DNA from: Lytechinus pictus
Taxonomy: Eukaryota
Reading direction: 5' to 3'
Assembly: GCF_037042905.1 (NCBI RefSeq)
Contig: NC_087250.1
Location: 27,592,001-27,656,000 of the forward strand
DNA: 64,000 bases
The position numbers and the translations under genes are program-made. Below are positions 24,017-34,761 of this stretch, one piece after another. Each line of letters opens with the position of its first letter. Position 1 is the first letter of the stretch. The notes under the pieces were generated by a model, which did no database searches, had not been told where the DNA came from, and was given only the letters and a program-made list of their open reading frames with translations.

Positions 24017-26298
24017 CATGGGCGGAAATCTGTCCCGAAAGGTAGGGGGGACAACAGGGGCTGATCCAGCCTTCGCCAATAAGGGGGGGGGGGCGAAAAA
24101 AATATTTTCAGCCATATGTTAATCCCCGATCGGCAGCTCGAAGGTAATTTTTGTCTGTTTCATTGAAGGAGTAGTCCTCATGGTCACTTTTTAGCTTTAT
24201 CCTTATAAATCAACATAAATATATGATATCATTGTCCTTATTTATATAATGCGAGCGCGAAGCGCGAGCAAATTTTTTTTGGAAAATTTATGTATTTTTT
24301 TCCTAAAATTTGAACATTCTGGGCAATGTTTGTTATCCTGAAAAAGATGTATATACAACTAAATATTTACTACGACCGCGAAGTACAAGCAGAGGTTAAC
24401 TGATGGAAAAGGTACCTGTTAAAGACTGCTTGCAATTAGCCATGAAGACGTTACATATTTCAACAATCAAATAATGCGAGCGCGAAGCGCGAGCTGAAAT
24501 TTTTTGAAATCTTTACCTAAAGACTGGAAATTCTAAGCACTTTTTGTAACTTAAACATATAATAGGTATGTAAATAAACAGTTGATGCGAACGCGAAGCG
24601 CGAGCGGAAATTTTTGAGATTTAGACCTATGAACGAGACATTCTATTAATGTTTTGTAAATCATGAAAAGGATGAGTAATTGGGGTCTTTCTTACACCCG
24701 GTCCTTACATTAATAAAGCGAGTGCGAAATGCAGCCAGAAAATGTTCATATACGTTTAATTTGAATTGATCGAAAAGGTACTTGTTAAGGACTGCTTGCA
24801 CTTAGCCATGAAGACGTAACATATTTCAACAATCAATGCTAGCGCGAATCGCGAGCTGAAAATTTTTGACATTTTTTCAAAAAGAATCGAAAATTTTAAT
24901 CAATTTTTGTAATCGTGAACAGGGTAGCTATATAACTAAACAATTGATGTAAGCGAAGCTTGCGCAGAAAAATTCGAGATTTAGACCTAAAAACGGAACA
25001 CTCTACTCATGTTTTGTAAATCATGAAAAGGATGAGTAATAGGGGATCTTTCTACATTAATAATGCGAGCACAAAGCGCGAGCAGAAAATTTTCGATATT
25101 GTGATCTGAAACAGGATAATGATTTAAATAGAGAACAAATTGAATATCTGAATAAACATGAGCGTGTTTCAGTTTTAGACCTAGAATCTCGGCATTTTAC
25201 ACATCTATCAGCGAGCGCGAAGCGCGAGCTTAAACTATTTGATATTCCGATCTGAAAAAAAGAGTCAATTTCAGCTATATATTTCAAGCACTTTGTAGGA
25301 AAATTGTGAGGTGGATATGAATCACACTTAATAAAGAGCTGATATTTTTCATTATTATTTGAGTTTTGACATAGGACCGGGACATCCTTAGGACAAGTCA
25401 TAAGAAAATGATGACTATCTTCCTATTCCTCTTACTAAGCGCGAGATGAAACAAAAGGGACAATTTAATCATTAAATTTATATCTTATTTATTCATGCAT
25501 AATGCGGGCGAGAAATCTGATGATATTATGGCCTGAAAACTGGACATTTCAAGCACTTTTGTAATTAGGAATAGAATGCATCAGTTAAAATATTTTTAAC
25601 CATCAATGCGAGCGCAAATCGCGGGCCAAAATCTTTGATAAACTGTCATGAAAATCAATATTGAGACATACATAAATCGCCAATCAAAATACGAGTAGCA
25701 CTATCTGCTACGTTTTGACAATCAGACTTGAAAAGGGATATTTTCAAAGTAAATGGAATACACAAAAATAATAGGTACTGAATAAATCGAATTTTGCGAG
25801 CGCTCAGTGCGAGTTGAAAATGTCAATATTCAGACCATAAAGCTGTAACTTTTACAGATCACTTTTTTAAAAATCCGTTTGTGAATCACACAAAATAACG
25901 AAATTTTGATTTCCGAGGTGAAACGTATAATGTGTATTGACTTCCAAACATGATATTTAAGCTCCATATTGAAAAATCACCTAACAGGCAATGCGAGCGC
26001 GAAGCGCGAGCGAAAATTTTATTTAGTGACATGAAAGATTCTTTTTATTTTCCAAGTTTTCCCCTCATCTTATTTTATTCACTCTGGAAAATTTGACAAG
26101 CAAAAAAAACAAAGGTTTTCACCCAAAATGTAAGGTCATTTAGTCCAAAATACATGTATTATTTCGAATGTGAATGATGCATTTTCTCCATCATAAAAGA
26201 CCAAAAATAGTAGGGGGGACATTTGATATTGTGTCCCCCCTACTATTTTTGGTAGGGGGGACACGTCCCCCCTGTCCCCCCTGGGATTTCCGCCCATG
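24017..26298. mobile_element. Non-autonomous hAT-like DNA transposon with internal GCGAGCGCGAAGCGCGAGC repeats
   Basis: 14-bp TIR CATGGGCGGAAATC / GATTTCCGCCCATG and 8-bp TSD TGTATATG (24009-24016, 26299-26306). Removing it rejoins the Penelope ORF. Confidence 0.88.
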
Positions 26299-27924
26299 TG
26301 TATATGGGAGAAGAATGGTTAGTGAGGGAGGGTACTTCAGCACGAACAATGAGGTCCCTGAGATTCGGTGGGCGTCGGTATGCTAGAAGGGGAGTATCGG
26401 GAACGGCCTGTTGGAGACGATCAGAAGTGTGTAAAATGTGGTGGTTATCACAAAGGATTTTGCGGAGAGGGGGTAGATTGGGATGGAAGGTGGTCACAAG
26501 CGGTATTCTGTCGGTACCCAGGACCAAAATCCAATTGAAACCAGTTGGATTTCCAACTGGTTTCAATTGGTTTCAATTGGTTTCAACTGGTTTCAATTGG
26601 TTTTAACTGGAATTTAACAATTTCCAGTTGAAACCAATTGAAACCAGTTGGGCAACTGGAAATCCTAACTGGAACCAGTTGGGTATTACTGGAAATGACT
26701 TCCAATTGGAAATGATTTCTAACTGGAACCAGTTGAGTAACTGGAAATCCCAACTGGAACCAGTTGGGCAACTGGAAATCCTAACTGGAACCAGTTGGGC
26801 AACTGGAAATCCTAACTGGAACCAGTTGGGTAACTGGAAATGACTTCGAACTGGAAATGATTTCTATGTGGAACCAGTTGGGTAACTGGAAATCCTAACT
26901 GGAACCAGTTGGGTAACTGGAAATCCTAACTGGAACCAGTTGGGTAACTGGAAATGACTTCCAATTGGAAATGATTTCTAACTGGAACCAGTTGAGTAAC
27001 TGGAAATCCCAACTGGAACCAGTTGGGCAACTGGAAATCCTAACTGGAACCAGTTGGGTAACTGGAAATGACTTCCAACTGGAAATGATTTCTAACTGGA
27101 ACCAGTTGGGTAACTGGAAATCCTAACTTGAACCATGCAGTTGTGTAACTGGAAATCCTAACTGGTACCAATTGGGTAACTGGAGATGACTTCTAACTGG
27201 AAAGATGGGTAACTGGAAATGAATTCTAATCGGTACCAGTTGGGTAACTGGAAATAAAACTGGAACCAGTTGGGTAACTGGAAATGATTTCCAATTGGTT
27301 TCCAATTGGAAATTTTCCAGTTACCCAACTGGATCCAATTGAAACCAGTTAATTTGCATATTATCTGCCAGTGTGCACAGATTAATGTTTTATGAGATTC
27401 ATCATCATTAACAATGGATCTATTTAATTCTTTTCAATTTCCTGTGCCACACTTTTTAAAGATAAGTATTTAGAATACTTAGCAGTGAAAACCATGTTCA
27501 TAAATGTTATAGATTATAATTAAAACAGATTAAAGGATAATTAGTACACCACTAACTGTTACCAAATTACATCAAATAAAAATACATATATTTGAAGATC
27601 TTCCGCCAGTATGATTTACTGTTTAATTGTGCCACCACAAGTGACTTACCATACATGTATGCGATGACTCTGCCACGGCCAATAAATGTCTCAACACCTA
27701 CTTAAATCGTCTGTAGTTTTCCCTTTATTTACTGGCGTGGTGGCTTACGGTGTGATCAGAATCCCGCGGCTAACTTTCGCTACCAGGATCAAAGAATCCG
27801 GATTGCGGGAAATCTTGCTCGAAAACTTGGGGACAGGCGCTCACCAGGACTAAATTTGGTGTGATAGTTTGGGTAGGCATACAGAGTTGAGTATTTATAA
27901 AGCGTACGTAGTCCCATATATAGT

Positions 27925-29751
27925 ATGTACTGTACTGCAATGCGCGCCGCATCGACGAAGCGATGCACGGTCGTGGCGGGGCCCACCCGCGTCGGGCTCG
28001 CATCTATACAGAGATGTGTAGCCGTCGCTGAGGCACCTCAGCGTAGGTGTCCTCCTGCTGTAGAGCATGAGTCTATCGTGACTCGTAATAAATCTAAGAA
28101 TGACACCCCATTTTTCCCTGCCAGTGTTCGGGGAACCTCCGAACAGTTGACAGTGGAATTGCATAGTGGTTCTCCTTTGAATTTGATAAGTGAGTCTACT
28201 GCTGATTTCTTTGGCCTTGAAGTTGTAATCGATTCGTTTGGTTACAGTGACTATGTTGACCCCGAAGTGTCGTTTGCCTTGCCATCTGGCATTGTTGGCA
28301 TTACATCTTTTTCTCTTTTCCATGATGGATGTGAGTTGTATTATGATGGTTTCGTGGTTGAAGATGGTGTGGTGAACTTTGACGTGATGGCTGGGGCTCC
28401 CTTTATGGAGAAGAATGATGTTTCCATTCGACCTTCTAAACACCAAATCATGTTTGGGGACTACCATACTTTTTCTTACATGTCACCATCTGATCAATTC
28501 CCCCAATCTAGTCCCACTAGTATGAATGAATTAGATGAGCTAGATTGTGCAGTGGGTATGATATTGCAAGGATCTGAGAATGAGTGCAAACACACCAATC
28601 CTGGATTTGACAGTGAGTGTAAACACACACTCCCACTAAATGAATGTTCTCAAGTATACAGAGAGATCATGGATGTTGGGTGTAATGTTCGGTTGAATGA
28701 GACTGAAGCTGAGCATCCACACATTCACAAGTCCAATGACATTAATAACATACACAGTGAGGTCATTGATATTGAGTGTAGTGTAGAGGTGAATGAGACT
28801 GAAGCTGACCATCCACACATTCACAAGTCCATTGACAATCATAACATGCACAGTGAGATCGGATTGATGACCAGTGTGGAGACTGAAAGTACACGTATTA
28901 TGACGGAGTATAATGTTGGTAACACAGACTTGGGATTTGCGTTGCCACTACGTGGGTTGAAGATGGATGGTGGGATTCGTGAGACCTTGAGTGAAAGTGT
29001 TGAGAAAGTCACACAATCCGAAAGCTGTAAGCCTGCTGTGAGTACTGATAATAGCTGTGACCGTGCTAAGCCATGCATAAGCACAGTAGGTGAAGTTGGG
29101 ACACATTACAGTTGTCAAGTAAAACATGAACATGAAATTAGTTGGGACAGTGACCTATCGTGTGTAAAGGTTGTAGGTGAAATTAGGCTACATAACAACA
29201 ATCAGGTAAAGTACGAATATACACAATTTGATAGTGTTCCTGATACTGAGCTTAGCTCTGTTGTTCCCAACACTGAGCCTAGCTCTGGTGTTTCTGATAC
29301 TGAGCCTAGCTCTGGTGTTCCTGATACTGAGCTTAGCTCTGTTGTTCCTGATACTGAGCCTAGCTCTGGTGTTCCTGATACTGAGCCTAGCTTTGTTGTT
29401 CCTGATACTGAGCCTAGCTCTGGTGTTCCTGATACTGAGCCTGGCTCTGCATCTGGTGTTCCTGGTACTGAGCCTAGCTCTGGCATTCCTGATACTGAGC
29501 TTAGCTCTGTTCCTGATACTGAGCCTAGCTCTGGTGTTCCTGATACTGAGCCTAGCTCTGACATTCCTGATACTGAGCTTAGCTCTGTTGTTCCCGACAC
29601 TGAGCCTAGCTCTGGTGTTCTTGATACTGAGCCTAGCTCTGGTGTTCCCGGTACTGAGCATAGCTCTGGCATTCCCTGTAATGAGCCTAGCTTTGGCATT
29701 CCTGATACTGAGCCTAGCTCTAATACTGGGCGTTGTGGCGTGCGCCTGTAA
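27925..29751 (+). CDS. ORF of the non-autonomous LTR element: degenerate retropepsin-like domain followed by acidic PDTEPSSGV repeats; truncated inside the SINE
   Basis: LTVELHSGSPLNLISES (D>H at the D[ST]G position) and DVMAGAPFMEKNDVSIRPSKHQI resemble Gypsy proteases. Confidence 0.55.
   Translation: MYCTAMRAASTKRCTVVAGPTRVGLASIQRCVAVAEAPQRRCPPAVEHESIVTRNKSKNDTPFFPASVRGTSEQLTVELHSGSPLNLISESTADFFGLEVVIDSFGYSDYVDPEVSFALPSGIVGITSFSLFHDGCELYYDGFVVEDGVVNFDVMAGAPFMEKNDVSIRPSKHQIMFGDYHTFSYMSPSDQFPQSSPTSMNELDELDCAVGMILQGSENECKHTNPGFDSECKHTLPLNECSQVYREIMDVGCNVRLNETEAEHPHIHKSNDINNIHSEVIDIECSVEVNETEADHPHIHKSIDNHNMHSEIGLMTSVETESTRIMTEYNVGNTDLGFALPLRGLKMDGGIRETLSESVEKVTQSESCKPAVSTDNSCDRAKPCISTVGEVGTHYSCQVKHEHEISWDSDLSCVKVVGEIRLHNNNQVKYEYTQFDSVPDTELSSVVPNTEPSSGVSDTEPSSGVPDTELSSVVPDTEPSSGVPDTEPSFVVPDTEPSSGVPDTEPGSASGVPGTEPSSGIPDTELSSVPDTEPSSGVPDTEPSSDIPDTELSSVVPDTEPSSGVLDTEPSSGVPGTEHSSGIPCNEPSFGIPDTEPSSNTGRCGVRL
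29233..29721 (+). repeat. 27-bp minisatellite (CCTGATACTGAGCCTAGCTCTGGTGTT), ~18 copies
   Basis: Directly visible; stop-free in several frames on both strands. Confidence 0.92.
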
Positions 29752-29901
29752 TCCAAGCTATGCGGGGAAGTTACAAATTGATGCAGAGGTTCGAGCCCTG
29801 GTCACGTCTTTCGGATGGTGACGTTAAAGGTCGGTCCCAGACGTAAATAATCATATCTGATTGATACACGTCTGACAAAACTCAAATACACACACACACA
29901 C
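29725..29901 (+). mobile_element. SINE with 7SL(Alu-domain)-like head and (CA)n tail, copy 2
   Basis: ACTGGGCGTTGTGGCGTGCGCCTGTAATCCAAGCTA head, GGTTCGAGCC B-box-like motif, (CA)n tail. Interrupts a minisatellite/ORF. No clear TSD. Confidence 0.85.
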
Positions 29902-30199
29902 TTCCCATAGTGTCTTGGTAATGAGCCTTACGTTAGCTCTCTTGTGTCTTGTAATGAACATAGCTCTAGTGGTAGTATGCTCTCCTTTCATTGCTACTCA
30001 TGTTTCGGAAGCTGAACCTAGCCTTGCTGTTGCAGGTTATGTACACAATGCTGACTTCACTTCAATAGAGCATTGCGCCGGCATTCGATCGCTTTCGCAT
30101 GACCTTTATTCTCCTTTCGCTACAGTGGAGAACCGTATTCGCGAAATCCACGATCTTCTTGAAAACCGAACCGTTGACTACCTGTCGGACGTAGAGTAC

Positions 30200-30590
30200 A
30201 TCGATGAGAGTACCCGTAGTACAGATCGTTGTTATTTCGGTTTCGTTCTTTGTACACGTGATCATGATATCGATGAGAGTACCCGTAGTACAGATCGTTG
30301 TCATTTCGGTTTCGTTCTTTGTACACGTGATCATGATATGCCCAGGCATGTACGTGGTGTCCGCAACACAGATCGTTTTCGGCATTTCGGCTTTGTTCGT
30401 TATACACGTGATCATGATATGCCCAGGCATGTTTGTAGTGTCCGCAACACAGATCGTTTTCGGCATTTCGGCTTCGTTCGTTGTACACGTGATCGTGATA
30501 TGCCCAGGCATGTTTGTGGTGTCCGCAAAACAGATCGTTTTCGTCATTTCGGCTTTGTTTGTTGTACACGTGATATGCCCAGGCATGACG
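30200..30590 (+). repeat. 69/81-bp tandem repeat within ORF 29915-31357
   Basis: ACAGATCGTT...TACACGTGATCATGATAT unit, about five copies. Confidence 0.85.
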
Positions 30591-33500
30591 CTTACCTTGA
30601 TATTGTGCTGTGTTTCTCTCTCACCGACAGTTACCATTTCTTTACAAGTATCTTACCTTGTGAGGTATTCTATGTATGCACAGCTCACATGCCTTCCGTA
30701 GCTATTACCATCTGGTCACCCTACATGGTCTGTATAGCTTATAGTGCAAAAGACAAGAATTTGGCACCCTACCTTAGTCCCGTGATGTCTACCCTCCTTT
30801 GGAATCCTCCTGATCGATTGATATTGCCTGTTGTCCATCATGCTACTGATCCTGATGTGATTTTGCTGCTATCTTACCCGTGTGACTACATCAGTTCTGG
30901 TAACCAGTCCTCTGCATATTATGTCATGACTAGTCTTCCCCCCTCACGGCTCTTTGAGGACAGAAAAGCGGCCCACAGTAGCACACCCTTACTCCATGTT
31001 CATGGAAGTTCGTCACGCGCCGTCTCTCCGGTGGCCGACCCAGTCCGTACACCTGCTGTTGTTGATCAGCCCTTGAGGATCCAACCCCTCGTTGGATCTT
31101 GGCCTAGATGCGTCGAGACCATTGAACACCAGGATTGGCTTCTCTGGACTTGTGGACCTCGCCCACCATCGCCCTTTTCTGATCGAACTCGCATGATCCT
31201 CAATTTCCATGATGGACCTCGCATGATTCCCTACCCCCCTGATGGAACTCACTTTTCTGGTCCCAGTGTGGTTGTCATGCGACCTTGGCCTTCTGGACTC
31301 TTTCAGGCTCATACAGTGATGTCATCACACGCTACAACAGTTTCTGCTGCTTTCTGATAACTGCCCTGTGTGCTTAGAGTTTCTGCGCGCTTCGGCATTC
31401 ACGGTGGCCCACACCCCTCCCCCCCCCCCCCATGGTCATATCTGCAGTAGTGACATTTATGTTTAAAGAGTGTATACATTTTACCACTGTTGTTGTATCA
31501 CGTTTTTTTTATTATTCATTTCCTATATTGTTACTCATGTTTTGCTTTGTGATACAGGTATATGATTTGGCTATTTTTGTACTTCCTTAATATACGCCCC
31601 TTTTTTATCTACAGATTTATACAAGTATTGGGTTGCAGTTGGTTTTAAATTTTTATGGTTTTACCAGAACACAAATATAAATGTGTTACTACACAGATTG
31701 GGTGCGGAACATTGGTTACGTTTTGTATTAATGCATGCTATAGTTATTGAGTAATATTTTTGATGTCATGTGTGCATACATTTCGGCCGTTTCAGATTGT
31801 TAGTAGTGTACTGACCAAATTTGGAAACATGCCTTATTTTCTGAGTTTTTTATGTTCAGTAGTAACTACACATGACTTATCTCATTTGTTCACATTTTTT
31901 AAAAATTTGTTTATATGGTAGTGATTAAAGAGTGTTCTTGTGGTATTATTTATACCTTTGCTTTGTTGGATATAAGTGGCATGTAGGCATGCTGTTGTAC
32001 ATTATGTACATAATTTTACCGGACAGTGAATTTTATTTTATCGTTCTAAACATGTTGCATTTTACTTGTAAAGTAAGCAAGGGTAATTGGGATTAGTGCA
32101 TCGTTGTAATATATTTTGAGGTTTGCTATCAACGACTCGTATAGTGGAATTGTTACATGTTCTTCATCCACGCTATACGTATATGGCTATTATTTGAGGT
32201 CTGTTATTAATGACTTGTATAGTGGAATGCTTTATGTCCTTCATACATGCTTTATTTATATATTGCCTATTATTGGAGGTGTGGATTTGATCCTTATCAT
32301 TTGCACATTCATATTTAGATTGAAATAATTATGGCCAGTTTTGGTGTACCAATTGTTTAGTTGTTACCTTACGTATGTTACCCTGTTACTTAAATATTTT
32401 TGTTGGTGTTCATGCGTTTTGAATAGTATTTCATACAGTCAAATTGAATATGCTTGGTTTTGGATCTGTTAAAGAAAAAGAGAGAAATGAAAGAAACATA
32501 ATCACGCCAGTATGATTTACTGTTTAATTGTGCCACCACAAGTGGCTTACCATACATGTATGCGATGACTCTGCCACGGCCAATAAATGTCTCAACACCT
32601 ACTTAAATCGTCTGTACTTTTCCCTTTATTTACTGGCGTTCCATATAATTTATACATATGAAAGTCTGTATTTTATCAATGCCCTTTACATTGGTATTAA
32701 TTGACATATAATACTGCTTCTGTGTTGGCATATGAGCAATAGTTAGTGCAAATGCTAATTAATTTGTAACTAATTAAGTTAATTCATTCCAATTAGTTCC
32801 AATTGGATCCAGTTGGAAACCAATTGGTTTCAACTGGTTCCAGTTGAAACCAGTTGCCTCCAATTGGTTTCAACTGGAACCAATTGAAACCAGTTGCCTC
32901 CAATTGGATTCAATTGGTTTTAATAGGGAAATTGGAACAACTGGAACCAATTGACACCAATTGCCAACTGATTCCAGTTGCCCAATTGGTTTTAACTGGA
33001 ACCAATTGGAAACTGGTTTTCAATTGGAACCAGTTGGTTTTAACTGGAACCAATTGGCAACTGGTTTTCAATTGGAACCAGTTGTTCCAATTTCCCTATT
33101 GAAACCAGTTGGCCAACTGGTTTCAATTGGTTTTGCCCTAATTGGTTTTAACTGGATTTTGGTCCTGGGTAGTCTCTAGCTTGTCACTTTTAGGTTTGAG
33201 AACTTCAGATCTGGGGAGAGAACGAACTTTGTTAATTGCCAGTTGGACTGCCCTGGCCCCGTGGCCCCTGGCACAGAGATGTTTCTGCAAATTCCTGGCA
33301 TGGAAGGAAAAATCAGGGTCCTCGGAGCAGATACGGCGAAGTCTGAGGGCTTGACTGTAAGCGATGCCGGTTTTGCAGTAACGGGGGTGGCAGCTGGATG
33401 AGTGGAGGTACTGGTGGGTATCTGTGGGTTTAGAGTATAGGGTAGTGGTGATAGCTGTTAGACTTTTTCTGGACTGTTACATCAAGGAAGTGGGTTTCCT

Positions 33501-34261
33501 GTTGGGAGAAATCAGAAGTGAATTTGATGGTCCTGTGGAAAGAATTGATGTGGTCAATGAATGTATGGAGGCTATCTTCATCCTAGACCAAAAGCTTCGG
33601 TCTCTGTTATGTTGGTTGTTCAGCTGAACTCCGTTGGCTTCACTCACCAAATACAGAGACCGAAGTTCTAGCGCGATCTGTACAGGGGACTCAATGGCCA
33701 TATGTTTATGTACTTAAGATCGGATAAAACGGGGAAGTGAATTTGCGCGACAGCCGAGGTAAGTCACTGTTTTTGTTCCTTTTAACTTGATTTTTCTCCG
33801 TTTTTTGGCAATTAATGCCAAGAGGGAATATTAATTTGCATTTTGGTCGCGTTAATTTTCAAATTTTTTATTCATTAAAGACAAAAGTTGAAGAGCCCCG
33901 ACGGGGGGATTTTGCATTGCAAGTCCCCTAATGGTGGCTGCACGCTAGCGAGCCGTCTGTGTACGAGGAGAAATAAAAAAAAAAAAAAAAGTTAAAAAAC
34001 TCCTCGAAACAGACGGCTGCCAGCTGTCTATCTTCATCCCTGTTTTTTTAATCAGAATATAAAATGACAGATATCATGAGATGTAGAACAAGTCTAAGAT
34101 TAAAAAACCGTTTGAACCCGTGAAAAATCTCGAGCGGTTTTTGAGATATGAGTTAAAAGAGCCGAAAATGGGTCTATTTTGTCAATTTTTTTACGCCGGA
34201 ATAGGGGATTTGCCACGGTGCGCGTTTTAAGTGAACACACCAAGATCTGTGATGTCACAGT

Positions 34262-34761
34262 CCCGGGGGGGCCACTTACATTGACGAGTGGATACCATGC
34301 GCGACCAAAAAAACACGTAAAAATGATGTCTTTTTCACGATAGGGCACGTTACGTACGTAACTTGATAAGGGTGTCAAAAACACAAAAATAATGAAAAAA
34401 GGGTGTCTATTTCGCTAGGGCAATTACGTGTTTAGGGTCGAATTTGCGAGGATGATAAAACAAAATTAAAATGTTTTATAAAGGATGTCCTTTTTGCCCC
34501 AACACTTTGTGTTTAGAGTCCAATTTGCGCGAGGTAACCCGTAACAATAAAACATTCCTGTTCTTGTTTAGGGGTTCATTTCAGGGAATATTTGCCAAGA
34601 GTATCGTTTTGTTTCCAATACTTGTTAAGGGTAGGGTTTCACACGCCAATACTTGTTAAGAGGTGCATTTTCAGAATATGGAAATTACGTGTTTAGGGTG
34701 CTTTTCGAGACCCCATGGTCGCGCATGGTATCCACTCGTGAATGGAAGTGGCCCCCCCGGG
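34262..34761. mobile_element. 500-bp MITE with CCCGGGGGGG termini, superfamily unclear
   Basis: ~45-bp TIRs and 8-bp TSD GTCACAGT (34254-34261, 34762-34769). Confidence 0.88.

Larger units (their letters stand above)
27604..32638 (+). mobile_element. Non-autonomous LTR retroelement with 134-bp LTRs (27604-27737, 32505-32638)
   Basis: Direct repeats differ at 2 positions and each has 8-bp inverted ends CGCCAGTA...TACTGGCG. PBS-like TGGTGGCTTACGGTGTGAT at 27738, purine tract at ~32471-32496, TTC(C) on both flanks. No RT or integrase. Confidence 0.8.
26517..33169. mobile_element. Non-autonomous TIR element (EnSpm/CACTA-like) with long subterminal AACTGG/CCAGTT arrays; hosts an LTR element
   Basis: TIR CCCAGGACCAAAATCCA / TGGATTTTGGTCCTGGG with TA duplication. 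Repeat arrays at 26530-27350 and 32790-33160. Superfamily assignment is inferred from the termini and 2-bp TSD. Confidence 0.8.
22591..33575 (-). mobile_element. 5'-truncated Penelope-like retroelement, split into three pieces (~33575-33172, 26516-26299, 24016-22591) by two insertions
   Basis: Joined translation gives the RT C-terminus (FIDHINSFHRTIKFT...FLDV...YSKPTDTHQYLHSSSCHP), the linker (DRIPLVTTFHP...AYRRPPNLRDLIVRA) and a GIY-YIG endonuclease (NVVYLITCRVCRVQYIGET...RFYGH...REKLW...PHGLN). Frameshifts present; stop at 23563. Confidence 0.9.

Noticed and set aside
26530..27350. Regular palindromic repeat array, CRISPR-like at a glance
   Set aside because: No unique spacers and no cas genes; it is the subterminal array of a eukaryotic TIR element.
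29188..29756. Minus-strand repeat ORFs (TRARLSIRN, PELGSVSGT)
   Set aside because: Antisense frames of a stop-free 27-bp minisatellite; no independent coding evidence.
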